DNA from: Octopus vulgaris
Taxonomy: Eukaryota
DNA length: 64,000 bases
Direction: 5' to 3'
NCBI GenBank assembly: GCA_951406725.2
Contig: OX597823.1
Location: forward strand, 10,230,001 to 10,294,000
Shown in pieces: positions 1 through 12,667 of the stretch. A program made the translations under genes and the position numbers. The first letter of the stretch is position 1. Each line of letters starts with the position of its first letter. The notes beneath the pieces are model-generated. The model was not told the DNA's origin and did no database searches. It saw only the letters and a list, made by a program, of their open reading frames with translations.

Positions 1-384
1 TTGATTAATATCTTTTAACTGTCTTTTGATCTTATGTAACACTGCCAAAAATGAGATTATATGGCAATGCTAGTTAGCAAGCCTCTGTTCCGGTATAATT
101 ATTCAATAGTAGGTCAGGTCTATTTCAATATAATTGTGATTGAAGTCTTTCCAATTATGAACTCCACATAATTTTTCGAAGCGTAATGTATTTAGGTCTA
201 TATTATTTAATGTTTATCTAGCTATTTAAAGACGATATGCTTCAGCTCGAGTGATCACCGAAAGTGACATCTATGAAACAAACTGGCTAATTCTTATTCA
301 AGATGAAATATCGTCTGATTTTGAACTGTCAGCTCTGCTAGTGAAGCTCAGAGTGAATTATTTGTCATTATTAGCAGGAATCAA

Positions 385-985
385 GGCAACGAGCCGGCAG
401 AAACGTTAGCACGCCGGGCGAAATGCCTAGTGGTATTTCGTCTGCCGTTACGTTCTGAGTTCAAATTCCGCCGTGGTCGACTTTGCCTTTCATCCTTTCG
501 GGGTCGATTAAATAAGTACCAGTTACGCACTAGGGTCGATATAATCGACTTAATCCGTGTGTCTGTCCTTGTTTGTCCTCTTTGTATTTAGCCCCTTGTG
601 GGTAGTAAAGAAATAGGTATTTCGTCTGACGTTAAATTCTGAGTTCAAATTCCGCCGAGGTCGACTTTGCCTTTCATCCTTTCGGGGTCGATAAATTAAG
701 TACCAGTTACGCACTGGGTTCGATGTAATCGATTTAATCCCTTTGTTTCTCCTTGTTTGGTTCCTTGTGGGCAATAAAGAAATAAGAATTGTTAGCACGC
801 TGGATGGAATGCTTAGCGGTTTTTCGACCGTCGCTGCCTTCTGAGTTCAAATTCCGCCGAGGTCGGTTTTGCCTTTCATTCATTCGGGATCGATGAATTA
901 AGTACCAGTGAAATGTTGTGATCGACGTAATCGACTATCCTCCTTCCCCCAAATTTCAGGCTTTGTGCTTATAATAGTAAGGATA
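385..985 (+). mobile_element. tRNA-derived SINE family A, head-to-tail trimer
   Basis: B box GAGTTCAAATTCC and central domain GCCTTTCATCCTTTCGGGGTCGATAAATTAAGTACCAG occur three times (about 385-617, 618-785, 789-985). The same family recurs many times in the window. Confidence 0.85.
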
Positions 986-1029
986 TTGGTCAAGTCGCTC
1001 CTCAAACTGTCACATGGTTGGGTCATCAG

Positions 1030-1536
1030 CGACTAAGCTGGCAGCCCCATGAAGCTTGCTTGGTGAGGATTTTGATTTCTGGACAACATGCGGGATGAAA
1101 AATAAGACCCGTCAAAGGGTGGAAGAACTACTGTGTAGTCAACGGCCAATTCAACAAGCACCATGTCGCGGTGAAGTGTCCTCTGTTCCATTGACCCGGA
1201 GAGCTATGCTGGAGGGAGAGAAATATTCAGGCAAGTCTTACCAGGCCAGGCCAGGCAGGTCGAACGGTAGGAGATAGACAAACCCTTAACGACAATAACT
1301 CGAAACGCCAGCAGCAGGGCATGGATTAAGTTATCGGCAGGACCTAACTGATAAGATCCCTGGCTTTGAACTAGTAGGATGTCATGCAGAGGATCTTGAA
1401 TACAAGACAATGGATGAGACCCTAATATTCCTAGTTAGATGGAAACAGCGGGACCACATGAAGCAGCGCTCTTTGACTCCTATAGTATGCACAATCGAAA
1501 CCCCTATGGGACGATCTAGATGAGAGATGAGATGAG
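1030..1536 (+). mobile_element. Possible non-autonomous LINE-derived fragment
   Basis: GC-richer island ending in a (GATGA)n-like tail at about 1518-1536; no recognisable protein. Confidence 0.25.
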
Positions 1537-3706
1537 GAATTAGACACCTAACTTACATAAAAATATTAAAGCAGACTATATATACAAAACATTTGTAAAA
1601 CAAGAGTTTAAAATCGAAAAATAAACACCCAATAACAAACTAAAGGGAATAAAAACAACTTTTAAATGAATTAATAGGGTGTTTATGCAGGGGAGAGACG
1701 AAATAGAAATCGTTGTCTGTAGGCTGATAATTGGGTATATAATGCAACCAGCTATGTTTGATTTATGTTTATGTAAAATTATGTATGCCAGATGGATACA
1801 CAGTTTTTGCCGAATGCCTTCGTACTAGTATGATGGGGAAAAAAGGCCCTTTTTTAGAGAGTGAGAGACAGAGACAGATAGACAAACAGATAGACAGAAC
1901 GCGTACGTAAGGAAGGCGAAGTGCCTTCTGGCTATGTGAGAAGTCTTGGTTACAGGCAGAGAAATATGCATAGTTCCTACAAAAAGGGGCATCAGCTGTA
2001 AGGTTTAGTTGTTATAGAGGCCCTGAATGTTTAACTGTGTTATACATTATATCGGAGCGCTGTTGGTCTGACGTTTTTATTTTGATATATCAGTCCTTAG
2101 TAACTCATTGTTTCTACAATTTGATTCTCTCTTGACCGATAGATCATTCCTGCAACATTTAGTTCTGGGAAGTTTTCTGCGCTTGGCTGTTTTATCTTTA
2201 TGTGATATAACGAGAAGGTAAATATTTAGGTTAGATTGAAAACTAAGAGAGAGATAGGAAGGGAGAGAGAGACAAAGAGAGAGAGAGAGAAAGAGAGAAA
2301 CTGACAGACAGGCAGGTAGATAGGGACAGACGGACTATTAAGTTGCATTTGTGTATAAGAGTGACAGAGGAAAAAATATCTTCCTAAGTTTCAAATTTTT
2401 GTTGACGTAAGATATTTTCACATCACATATCAAATTCGTATTCTATGATTCCTACTTTGGAAATATATTGTTTTCTTTCAAAATAACGTCTAAAAGAATG
2501 TTAATTTTTTATCATTAACTTTCAAGTTTCCTTACAAAATATTCTCTGTCTAAAGACTCCATTTCCTTCCATTTAAAATCACATTTTCTCACTGTTCTCT
2601 ATAGTAGTATACGTGAGTATATAATACAGAAGAAAACTCAATACATTTTCCTCTATTTATTTATTGCAGCTTCTACATGTTTATATGTCACATATATTGA
2701 TAGGCCATCCGAAAAAGGCCTTTTAAATATTTAACAGTTTTGTTTTTAGCATTTCCTATACAGTAAAATACCTTTAAATTATATAAATCTAAGTTCGATA
2801 CTTAATGCATATATTTGTGTATATGCAGTGAGCAAAGGCTAAATATCAAGTCAGATCCATTAATCGTAGTTTAGGATCAGAAAATCGATTCTAAAAGATG
2901 AGATAAGTGACCAATTAGATAACAACAGAGTCAATGTAGTGTGCTTTCGCGTTTTAGAATATTCTCTCATTCTCTCTGTATCTCTCTGATTCGCTCTTTC
3001 TCTCCCTATCGCTGTATCTTCACTGCCTTTCTTTTTTTTCACTGGATCACTGAACCAGATGATTAAATATTTTTATAGAACAGAATTTAGCTCTCAGAAA
3101 ACCGATTTTTTTTTCTTCAAAAGAACATACTTCAATACGCATCCATTTATTTTATACTGCCCCACCACGTTCATTCTATACTAAATTATCTGTAAAAAAT
3201 CACATTTCTTTGAAAGCTTTCTTTTTTCTTTTATATTACTATTCCACAACAGCAAAACACATAAATTATAGGGAAAGGAAGCGTGCAACTTAAAAGTATT
3301 TTGCATAAGAGGAAACTACATTTTTGTCAAAGAGATTTCCTCAATGTCTGTCAAAGATTTAGAGATTTTTTTCACCTTCTTCAATAAATGAAATTTAAAC
3401 CTTTCCTATACCACAGAATCTATAGTGTGCTAAACACCTTGGTAATATTCAATAGTCGATGCCGAACATTCTCGTCGTTTGTTGCCATAGTTTAACCATT
3501 TATCTGCATTATTTTATTTATATTTCTCTAAAATGTATTTGCTTGTCAATCGTAAAGCGTTAAATTCGACTTTCCAATGCAGATACTGTTCTATAAGAAC
3601 AAAATCACACACTACATTTCTCTCACATGCAACGTATACAAATAGTCACATTCAAAGACATGCTTACAATATAACTATATAACGATATAAATGTACAACC
3701 CACATA

Positions 3707-3752
<46 letters not shown>

Positions 3753-3756
<4 letters not shown>

Positions 3757-4234
3757 AAATGAGATAGGGGTTGTAAATGCAACCCTCCATGGGATAACAT
3801 ATATCCAATATACTGCTAGTGAAGTACCCAACAAAGTTAATACATAAATGTTAAGGATTGCGATGCAATCAATTCATTTACTATATGGGCAAAGGTAAAA
3901 TGATTTACCACAAATTACTAATACAAGATAAGAAAATGGAGAAATAGATCGAAATCAAATATCAATTACCAGATAATACTCAATCACATACTTTATTAAA
4001 CCACCACATAAGAGATTGTAGGGCTAAATATAAAAAGCAGAACAAATCAGTGTACATAAAAGAATGTACATAAAAGAGTAATGTTGTATAATAAGTAGAA
4101 TATATATAATAAAAGAATATACATATAAGTAAATATAAATGTAAGTATAGATTACATCTTACAGCTGTTTCGGCCATGTAGATAAGTATGTCTCATTTTA
4201 CCAATATTAGCCGTATTTCTCCATTTTCTTATCT

Positions 4235-4240
<6 letters not shown>
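3753..4240 (-). mobile_element. (TA)n-embedded Penelope-like terminal fragment with inverted arm and 3' half of an HHR
   Basis: 26-bp perfect inverted repeat (3921-3946 / 4214-4239). Minus strand reads GGCCGAAACAGCTGTAAGATG (4175-4155), with palindromic stem III ACAGCTGT and a GUA triplet. TA arrays on both sides. Confidence 0.65.
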
Positions 4241-4291
<51 letters not shown>

Positions 4292-4295
4292 ATAT

Positions 4296-4524
4296 ATTGA
4301 TAAAAATGGTAAGGCAACAAAAGAATGAAGCTGAGCTCGATATTATGTAAATAGAGGAATTTTTCTGCAATGTAATATGTGACAATTATTCGGTAGCCAT
4401 GATAAAACTCCGAGTTTCGGATGCCGAGGTGGAAATCCACGCCGCCATCTCTTCAGTTATCCGGCCATCGGAAAAAATGCTTCGGAGTTTTATCATGGCT
4501 ACCGAATAATTGTCACATATTACA
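4296..4524 (-). mobile_element. (TA)n-embedded Penelope-like terminal fragment with HHR
   Basis: 43-bp perfect inverted arms (4371-4413 / 4482-4524) plus a tail; same family as 40735-40935. Confidence 0.75.
4401..4461 (-). ncRNA. Type I hammerhead ribozyme motif (palindromic stem III)
   Basis: gataa-CTGAAGA-gatggcggcgtgga[tt]tccacctcggcatc-cGAAA-ctc[g]gag-TT-ttatc. Stem I is gataa/ttatc, stem II is long, and there is one extra C before GAAA. Confidence 0.65.
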
Positions 4525-4533
4525 CTTACATAC

Positions 4534-4625
<92 letters not shown>

Positions 4626-4630
<5 letters not shown>

Positions 4631-4872
4631 GTTTAGCAACGATTTGCTTCACCACATACCGAAGTTTAGAAATAACAGTCAAAAAATTTTAGCTATTCCT
4701 TCTACTTCTAAAAGGGGCTCCCTTTGGAGCTTCGGTATGTGGTGAAGCAAATCGTTGCTGAACCCTAATTATAAAGTATTACTTAAGCCTACTATGAAAT
4801 GGTCTTTTTCATGCCGAATTCTACTTGGTGAAATTACTGATTACTTCTTAATTAATTAATTTTACACTTTGT

Positions 4873-4875
<3 letters not shown>
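4626..4875 (+). mobile_element. (TA)n-embedded inverted-arm element with tail (Penelope-like architecture)
   Basis: Near-perfect ~39-bp inverted arms (4626-4664 / 4730-4769), a ~105-bp tail and TA flanks. Related to 5808-5870. Confidence 0.6.
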
Positions 4876-4914
<39 letters not shown>

Positions 4915-5047
4915 TAGCCGATATAACTGTTTATTGGTTGACTGGCTGGTTTTGTGATGTCTCCAATGAGACTTTATGTCGTATACAGAGTGGGAGACAA
5001 GGACAGAGAGGGAGAGAGACTAAGAACAGAGAGAGGGAGAGAAAGAG

Positions 5048-5107
<60 letters not shown>

Positions 5108-5492
5108 GTGTGTTAACAGGAGAGGTGCATGATGATAGCACATACTAGCCGTGGTTACAGACAATGAAAATAGAAATGTTAAACACGTACGCGTACGCAC
5201 ACACGATAATAGAGGAATAATCACTGAGACTGCGAAGAAGCTGCAGCATCAGCAGCAGTAGCAACAGTGGCAGTAGCAGCAGCAGCAGCAGCAGCGGCGG
5301 CGGAAGCACCAGTAGGAGAAGCCGCAGCAGGTGGAATAAATGACAAACCTTTATATAAATGACGAATTTCTTTTATTCTCTTTTGAGGTAATAAATATTA
5401 TTCTTTTAAAAATTTGTGTTAATTTCATCATTTTGTATACACACGAAGAAATCTAAGAAAAGTTGAATTGTAATTATGAATTATTAATTAAT

Positions 5493-5776
5493 AGGCGCAG
5501 GAGTGGCTGTGTGGTAAGTATAGGCGCAGGAGTAGCTGTGTGGTATATAGCTTGCTTACCAGCCACTTGGTTCCGGGTTCAGTTCCGCTGCGTGGCACTT
5601 TGGGCAAGTGGCTTCTACTATAGCCTCGCCCCAACCAAAGCCTTGTGAGTGGATTTGGTAGCCGGAAACTGAAAGAAGCCCGTCGTATATATGTACGTGT
5701 ATACATATATGTGGGTCTGCGCTTGTCCCTCCAACATCGCTTGACAACCGATGCTAGTGTGTTTACGTCCCCATAA
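5493..5776 (+). mobile_element. tRNA-derived CORE-like SINE family B (duplicated head, 3' truncated)
   Basis: Head GGCGCAGGAGTGGCTGTGTGGTA occurs twice; CORE-like segment GTGGCACTTTGGGCAAGTG follows. Confidence 0.8.
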
Positions 5777-6244
5777 CTATATATATATATATATACATAT
5801 TATAATAAAGGGTTAATTGCAACAAGTTGCTCAAAACCACATACCGAAAATGCTAGAAATGACAGCCAGATAGGTCACCATTTCCCTACTAGTAAAAAAG
5901 GTCTCCACAAACAATCACGATTTGCAACCCGTATATGGCAAAACGGAAGAAAATAACGAAATCACAGCCCTTTTGGGTTAATTACGGACGAAAATTCGTT
6001 TCTGGATGAGAACCAGAGGTTCATTTCCTTGTCAATGCAATATTTCCTATAAATCTAGAAATGCTAGGGGAAAAAAAGACTCACCCATTATACCGGCTAG
6101 GTGAAATTTATTAATTTTATTAAATTAATTATATTTCACCCTTTTTGTAAATTATATATATATATATATATCGGCTATGATATATATATATATCAAGAAC
6201 AATCTTACTTAGAAAGGGATGCGTGCGTTCCGTCATATAATATA

Positions 6245-6498
6245 TTAATAAATAAAACATATGCATATATACATACATATATGTACGTACCTACCTCTAC
6301 ATGTATATATACACGCATATATGAGTACAGGACACCAAAAAAAACGTCGAACACAATGAGAAACGAAAACATAGACACAAAACCAAGGAACTGGACATTT
6401 TTCTTAAGCAACAAAAAAATAGAGTACAGGACAAATAACTCAAGGAAAAAAAACCCTTCTTCAGTCGCCATGGTTTCATCTACTCTGCGTTTCGAAGA
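6245..6498 (-). mobile_element. TA-flanked repeat, probable Penelope-like 3' terminal repeat
   Basis: Three copies in the window (6245-6498, 25885-26160, 44098-44362). Carries CGAAACG and CTGAAGA hammerhead-like words. Confidence 0.6.
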
Positions 6499-8204
6499 TA
6501 TATATATATATATATATATATTTTATATATAAATCAAAGGTAGAACAGAGAGAACACAACAAACGGAAGCCAACAAAACACGACATATGGGAAAATAGAC
6601 GATAGCACGATAAACGGTTAACAGGAAGAAAAACAAGATACACGAATCATTCGCAACCGATTTCGTCATCCGTCGCAGTCCGGAAAATCCTTGAAGAATC
6701 CGGCAGGTACCAGGAACTTAAGCTAAAAGCATTAAGCCTCTTGGAAAAGCAAATGAATTTATACGAGAACGAAAACCGGAACAGAAACAAAAAAAAACGA
6801 GAAAGCTAGATTTATACACGTGCAACCGCATGCCTTTCGGCTATGCAATAGAAGGGGAAAAATTATACATATATGAATACAAATGAGTAAATAACAGAAA
6901 GGGTCTCCCGACTATTGGGCGAATGTAAACATTATGAAATAATAATGCAAGTGCAAGAATTCAAAGAATTATACGTATACAATGGACAAACGCCTTTCAG
7001 CTATACAACAAAAGGAAAATAATTGTACAATTACAAGATAGATAAATTACAAAAAAGGTCTTTTGACTATCATACGAGCGTAGTAAGCTGTCGCAAAGGA
7101 AATGTGGATAATGGAAAATCCGGGCGGGAGAACAGGTGAAGGCGACCAGTAGTTCATGTTTAGTCATTTCAAAGTATGGAACCGTAGATTCTGTGTTGCT
7201 CATTCGAACGGGTCTTGTAGTGTGAATGTAAATTTGAGTATGTATTGGTAGTACTTGTGGATAGATGGCGTGGGGGAGATGTGTATGTTTAGAATGAGAT
7301 AGGTCAAAATGAAAACAAGAAGAGAAAATGAGAGGAAGAAAGAGAGATAGAAAGGGAAAAAAGTGAAAAGAGTGAAAAAAGTGAAGAAAGGGTGAAAGAA
7401 GTGAGAAAATGACTGTTAGTTGGTGGTCAAGATAATGTGAGGGGAGTGGGGGAGGGGAGTGGGGGAGAGGAGTGGGGGAGGGATAGGAAGAGATGAGAAG
7501 GTAACGAGTGAATGAATGTGAGATGTGTGAGTAGGGGTGATATGATAGAGCTGCATTAAGGGATGGGTAGAGAAAAGGTATGAGTTGGGGGTTACCAAAA
7601 TGAGTAGTAATTTTAGTAGTAAATTTTCAAGTCGAGGGAAGAATACAAGGATGTCAAATTTCTATAAATAGACGTATGTGATTATATAGGTTAGTGTGAT
7701 AGGTAGGAATCAGAGAGGAGGAAGCAGGCACAATGACATAGGTACGCGCACACACATGTACATATACATGTGCACATTTGCATACATACATATACACACG
7801 CATATATATACTCACACGCATATACATACATACATATATATACATGCATGCTCACGCACATATATATCATTTATATAAGATGCGTTTTCGTCGTTTGAAA
7901 TTAAGTTGTTCAATAATCCTAAATGAAGTATAAATGCTTCACCGTTTCATGGAAACGTGTAGACTTTCAGTAATTGCTAATTGCTTATAGCATGTGACAA
8001 GTTTGCACTGTTAAAATTCAGATACATAGTGTCCATTGAGCTTCTCTCTACCCAATTCTACCCGCAAAATAATAAGCCAACCGAGACGTCTCGTACATGC
8101 TTCTAGTACTTGAGTAGGAATGCATAAGATTGGTCATGAGTAAATCAGTTTCCTCCAAGATGCATTACAGCCATTGACAATATTATTTTATTCGTTTATT
8201 CTTT

Positions 8205-8602
8205 TACTTTGTTTCAGTCATTTGACTGCGGCCATGCTAGAGCACTGCCTTTAGTCGACCAAACCGACCCTGGGACTTATTCTTTGTATGCCTTCTACTT
8301 ATTCTATCGGTCTCATTTGCTCAACTGCTAATGTTACGGGGACGTAAACATTCCAACATTGGTCGTCAAGACATGGTAGGGGGACAAACAAACACACACA
8401 CACACACGCACACACACAAATATATATAAACATATATACGAAGGTCTTCTTTCGGTTTCTGTCTACCAAATCTACTCAAAAGGCTTTGGTCCGCCCGAGG
8501 GTAAAGTAGAAGACACTTGACTAAGGTGCCACGCAGTGAAACTGAACCTGGAACCATGTGGTTGGTAAGTAAGCTCCTTACCTCACAGCCACTCCTGTGC
8601 CT
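8205..8602 (-). mobile_element. SINE family B
   Basis: Full head, CORE-like segment, internal microsatellite and tail match other copies. Confidence 0.85.
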
Positions 8603-9428
8603 ATAGCCACTTCGGATTTATTGATTGAAATAACAGAGTTCAGTTACTCTTGAAGCCGAATTCTTCCAAATTGAAATGGGAAAATCTGTTAATTTGACTA
8701 AACTTCAAGTTATATTTGCAGCATCTTATTTCGCCTAACCAATTAGAAATATAGTGTCAGTAAACTATTTATCTATTTGTCATGAGCCGTTACAATGCCA
8801 TTGCGGATATAAATTTCGCAGTAGTTTTATTGGTGATGTTATTAATTAAAGACCGAGCTGGTAGATTTGAAATTCTTGTTGTTCTACTACAATGACTTTT
8901 GATTTATTTTTACGTTGTTTCTTGTGAGTCACTGACAGGACTATCGCTGGTTGCTATAGAGCCTAAAATGTTTTTCACACAATCACTTTACTGTAAGTTA
9001 ATGAGACTGCATTTCGTGGACTACATTTACGATCAATTCTTGTGCTTAAACGTTGTCTTTACTCTAGTAGGGAAATTTAAATCAAAGATCAGATTACATG
9101 TGCGTCCTGTAAATCACAAGATTTGTCTTTCGGCACTTCGAGGTTTTGAAAGATTTTTTTTGACACCCCTTACCGTGAAAAATTATGGGAAGATCAACTG
9201 CCCTCCTAAAGATTTACACCGTATGATACTGCTTAGAAGCTACTGGATTAAAGAAAAAAAAGTTCGCCAAAAATTAGTTCAATAAAAATGCATTTAAAAA
9301 AATGTAATAATAGTATAAGTCGATAATCGTTTGTTACATGCAAAATGTACAATTAATGTGCAATTACTGATTGCTAAATGTGCAATTAAGGTTCCTGTTA
9401 CTAAATTCTTTTAAATATATCATATATA

Positions 9429-9830
9429 GGCGTAGGAGTGGCTGTGTGGTAAGTAGCTTGCTAACCAACCACATGATTCCGGGTTCAGTCCCACTGCGTG
9501 GCACCTTGGGCAAGTGTCTTCTGCTATAGCCCCGGGCCGACCAATGCCTTGTGAGTGGATTTGGTAGACGGAAACTGAAAGAAGCCTGTCGTATATATGT
9601 ATATATATATGTGTGTGTTTGTGTGTCTGTGTTTGTCCCCCTAGCATCGCTTGACAACCGATGCTGGTGTGTTTACGTCCCCGTCACTTAGCGGTTCGGC
9701 AAAAAAGAGACCGATAGAATAAGTACTGGGCTTACAAAGAATAAGTTCCGGAGTCGAGTTGCTCGATTAAAGGCGGTGCTCCAGCATGGCCGCAGTCAAA
9801 TGACTGAAACAAGTAAAAGAGAAAAGAGAG
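9429..9830 (+). mobile_element. SINE family B, full length
   Basis: tRNA-like head, GTGGCACCTTGGGCAAGTGTCTT, and tail ending TGACTGAAACAAGTAAAAGA. Confidence 0.9.
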
Positions 9831-10069
9831 AAAGAGAATATCATACGATAAAAGAACATTAAAACCCAGACGCTTGCCTGTGTGAAATCGAATATTCCCA
9901 CTTTCCATTGCCCTTAACGTCATACTTTAGAAATACAAGTTTAAGCATGCCACTCTAAAGGTATTTCAAAAACCATCATTTACTTCTCGACGCTATTCCA
10001 ACGGTACTCTCAGAATTCATGGTTGGCTGGCTTTTCACAGAGGCATGCTATATTCGTCACCTGCATTCT

Positions 10070-10279
10070 CTCTCTTTACTCTTTTACTTGTTTCTGTCAT
10101 TTGACTGCCGCCATGCTGGAGCACCGCCTTTAGTCGATCAAATCGACCCCGGGACTTATTCTTTGTAAGCCCAGTACTTATTGTATCGGTCTCTTTTGCC
10201 GAACCGCTAAGTGACGGGGACGTAAACACACCAGCATCGGTTGTCAAGCAATGCTAGGGGACAAACACAGACACACAAG

Positions 10280-10312
<33 letters not shown>

Positions 10313-10489
10313 GCATATTCTTTATACGACGGGCTTCTTTCAGTTTCCATCTACCAAATCCACTCACAAGGCATTGGTCGGCCCGAGGCTATAGTAGAAG
10401 ATACTTGCCCAAGGTGCCACGCAGTGGGACTGAACCCCGAACCATGTGGTTGGTAAACAAGCTACTTACCACACAGCCACTCCTGCGCC
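10070..10489 (-). mobile_element. SINE family B, full length
   Basis: Reverse complement of the 9429-9830 copy. Confidence 0.9.
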
Positions 10490-10956
10490 TATGTATATTG
10501 TATTTTATTCTTTGTACTGAGAGAGAAGAAATTGAATTTTCCAGTGAAATCTTTATGATTGTAAGCTATGATTTCAAGAATATTTGGCTACTATTTCTAT
10601 TTATGTATATACCTGAGTTTGTTATGTATTTCACACACACACGCACACATACACATACTCACACACACATATATGCACACGCACGCTCACACACATCCTG
10701 CTATGCTACGAAGCAGTAAGTGCATGATGCAACAATTTTCGAGTCGAACAAATTCCTAAATATTATTAGAATATGCTGAGAAGTGTAATCAAGATTGACT
10801 AGTCTGTACTGGCATGGGGTCGTAAATATTTTAACTGATGACGTTTTACGTAATGGCTGGGTTATCTATTATATATTGGTATGAATTAAATCATTTGAGC
10901 ATATAACAATTTGCTTTCACTTCAACCATACATATATATACATCGACCTATATATG

Positions 10957-11004
<48 letters not shown>

Positions 11005-11029
11005 TATATATATATATGTGTGTGTGATT

Positions 11030-11450
11030 GTGTATAGTAGAATATATTAATAAAAAGAATTCCAACCTTGTCTGATTTTCACGTTTTATTTACAATCTTA
11101 TAATGATATATTATAAGATAATATATTATAATTGAATAAAATAAAATGAAATAGTAGAATGTTAAATATTCATTCTGATTGAACTAGTACTTTCATGCAT
11201 TGAATTCTGCAATCTTCGGGTTCATGTAGTAGTGTTGACAGTCATGCTTCACAATTTTTGACTGTAGCAAGATGATTGATTCTGTGCTATAAATACAGCT
11301 GGGTAGGCTCCAGAGTGCTAGGTTTTGCAAACTGTATTCTGACCAATCAGTGTGTAGTATCACTCAATTACTTAAGCTGATTGGTTGGTTGAGCTGATTG
11401 GTTTAGGCATCACGCTTTGTTGGACATGTCAAGAGTCCTGTATCCTGTAT
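11030..11450 (-). mobile_element. TA-flanked Penelope-like terminal repeat fragment
   Basis: Contains an HHR motif, clustered CCAATCAG boxes (11343-11401) and TATAAATA at about 11288. Confidence 0.6.
11180..11224 (-). ncRNA. Minimal type I hammerhead motif, CCGAAGA core variant
   Basis: tgaac-CCGAAGA-ttgca[gaattcaa]tgcat-GAAA-gtac-TA-gttca. Stem I is a perfect 5 bp and stem III is the palindrome AGTACT. Confidence 0.65.
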
Positions 11451-11451
11451 C

Positions 11452-11505
<54 letters not shown>

Positions 11506-11543
11506 GTATGTATGTATGTATGTATATGTATATGTATATGTAT

Positions 11544-11710
11544 AGGCGCAGGAGTGGCTGTGTGGTAAGTAGCTTGCTTACCAACCACATGGTTCCATGT
11601 TCAGTCCCACTGCGTGGCATCTTCGGCGAATGTATTCTACTATAGCCTCGGGCCGACCAAGGCCTTGTGAGTGGATTTGGTAGACGGAAACTGAAAAGAA
11701 TCCCGTCGTA

Positions 11711-11785
<75 letters not shown>

Positions 11786-11960
11786 TTACGTGTCTGTGTT
11801 TGTCCCCCCCCCAACATCGCTTGACAACCGATCCGTAACTTAGCGGTTCGGCAACAGAGACCGAGAGAATAAGTACTAGGCTTACAAAGAATAAGTCCTG
11901 GGATCGATTTGCTCGACTAAAGGCGGTGCTCCTGCATGACCGCAGTAAAAGAGAGAAAAG
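11544..11960 (+). mobile_element. SINE family B
   Basis: Matches the family, with a small internal deletion. Confidence 0.85.
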
Positions 11961-12229
11961 AAAGATATGTGTGCATATATATAGGAAGGAATTACAACCG
12001 TGTTTCGTGGTCTGCAACCACAACAGCTCCTTTATAGGATCCAGTTAGCTCAAGACATCATCAGGAGGAACCTCGTCCAGTTTCGGCCCCTACTCCTCTA
12101 CCGTTTTGACCATATATATATGTATATACATAACGCTAAAGGAACTAATGGTGTTCCTTATCAGCATGATGTATATATCTAAGCAATTATCTTTGAGAGT
12201 ATGTATACCTTCGTGTATATGTGTGTATA

Positions 12230-12285
<56 letters not shown>

Positions 12286-12391
12286 AGTATGTGTGTGTGT
12301 AATATAAATAATATATAAGTATATGTTATATGTATATTTATATCATTATATGATCGAAATACACGCATACATTTCCAAGAAAGTTTTATCA

Positions 12392-12439
<48 letters not shown>

Positions 12440-12607
12440 GTCTGTCTGTATATCTATTTATCTATCTAGCTACCTATCTATCTATCTATTTATCTATCTA
12501 TCTATCTGTCTATCTATATATATATATGTGTGTGTGTGTGTATGTATATATATGTATATATATATATATACACATACATACACACACACACATACACACA
12601 CACACAC

Positions 12608-12667
<60 letters not shown>

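Noticed and set aside
5240-5332. CAG/GCG-rich stretch resembling a polyQ or polyA exon
   Set aside because: No sustained ORF or splice context; simple trinucleotide repeat.
10834-10860. CTGATGA-cg..cg hammerhead start
   Set aside because: No GAAA, stem III or stem I.
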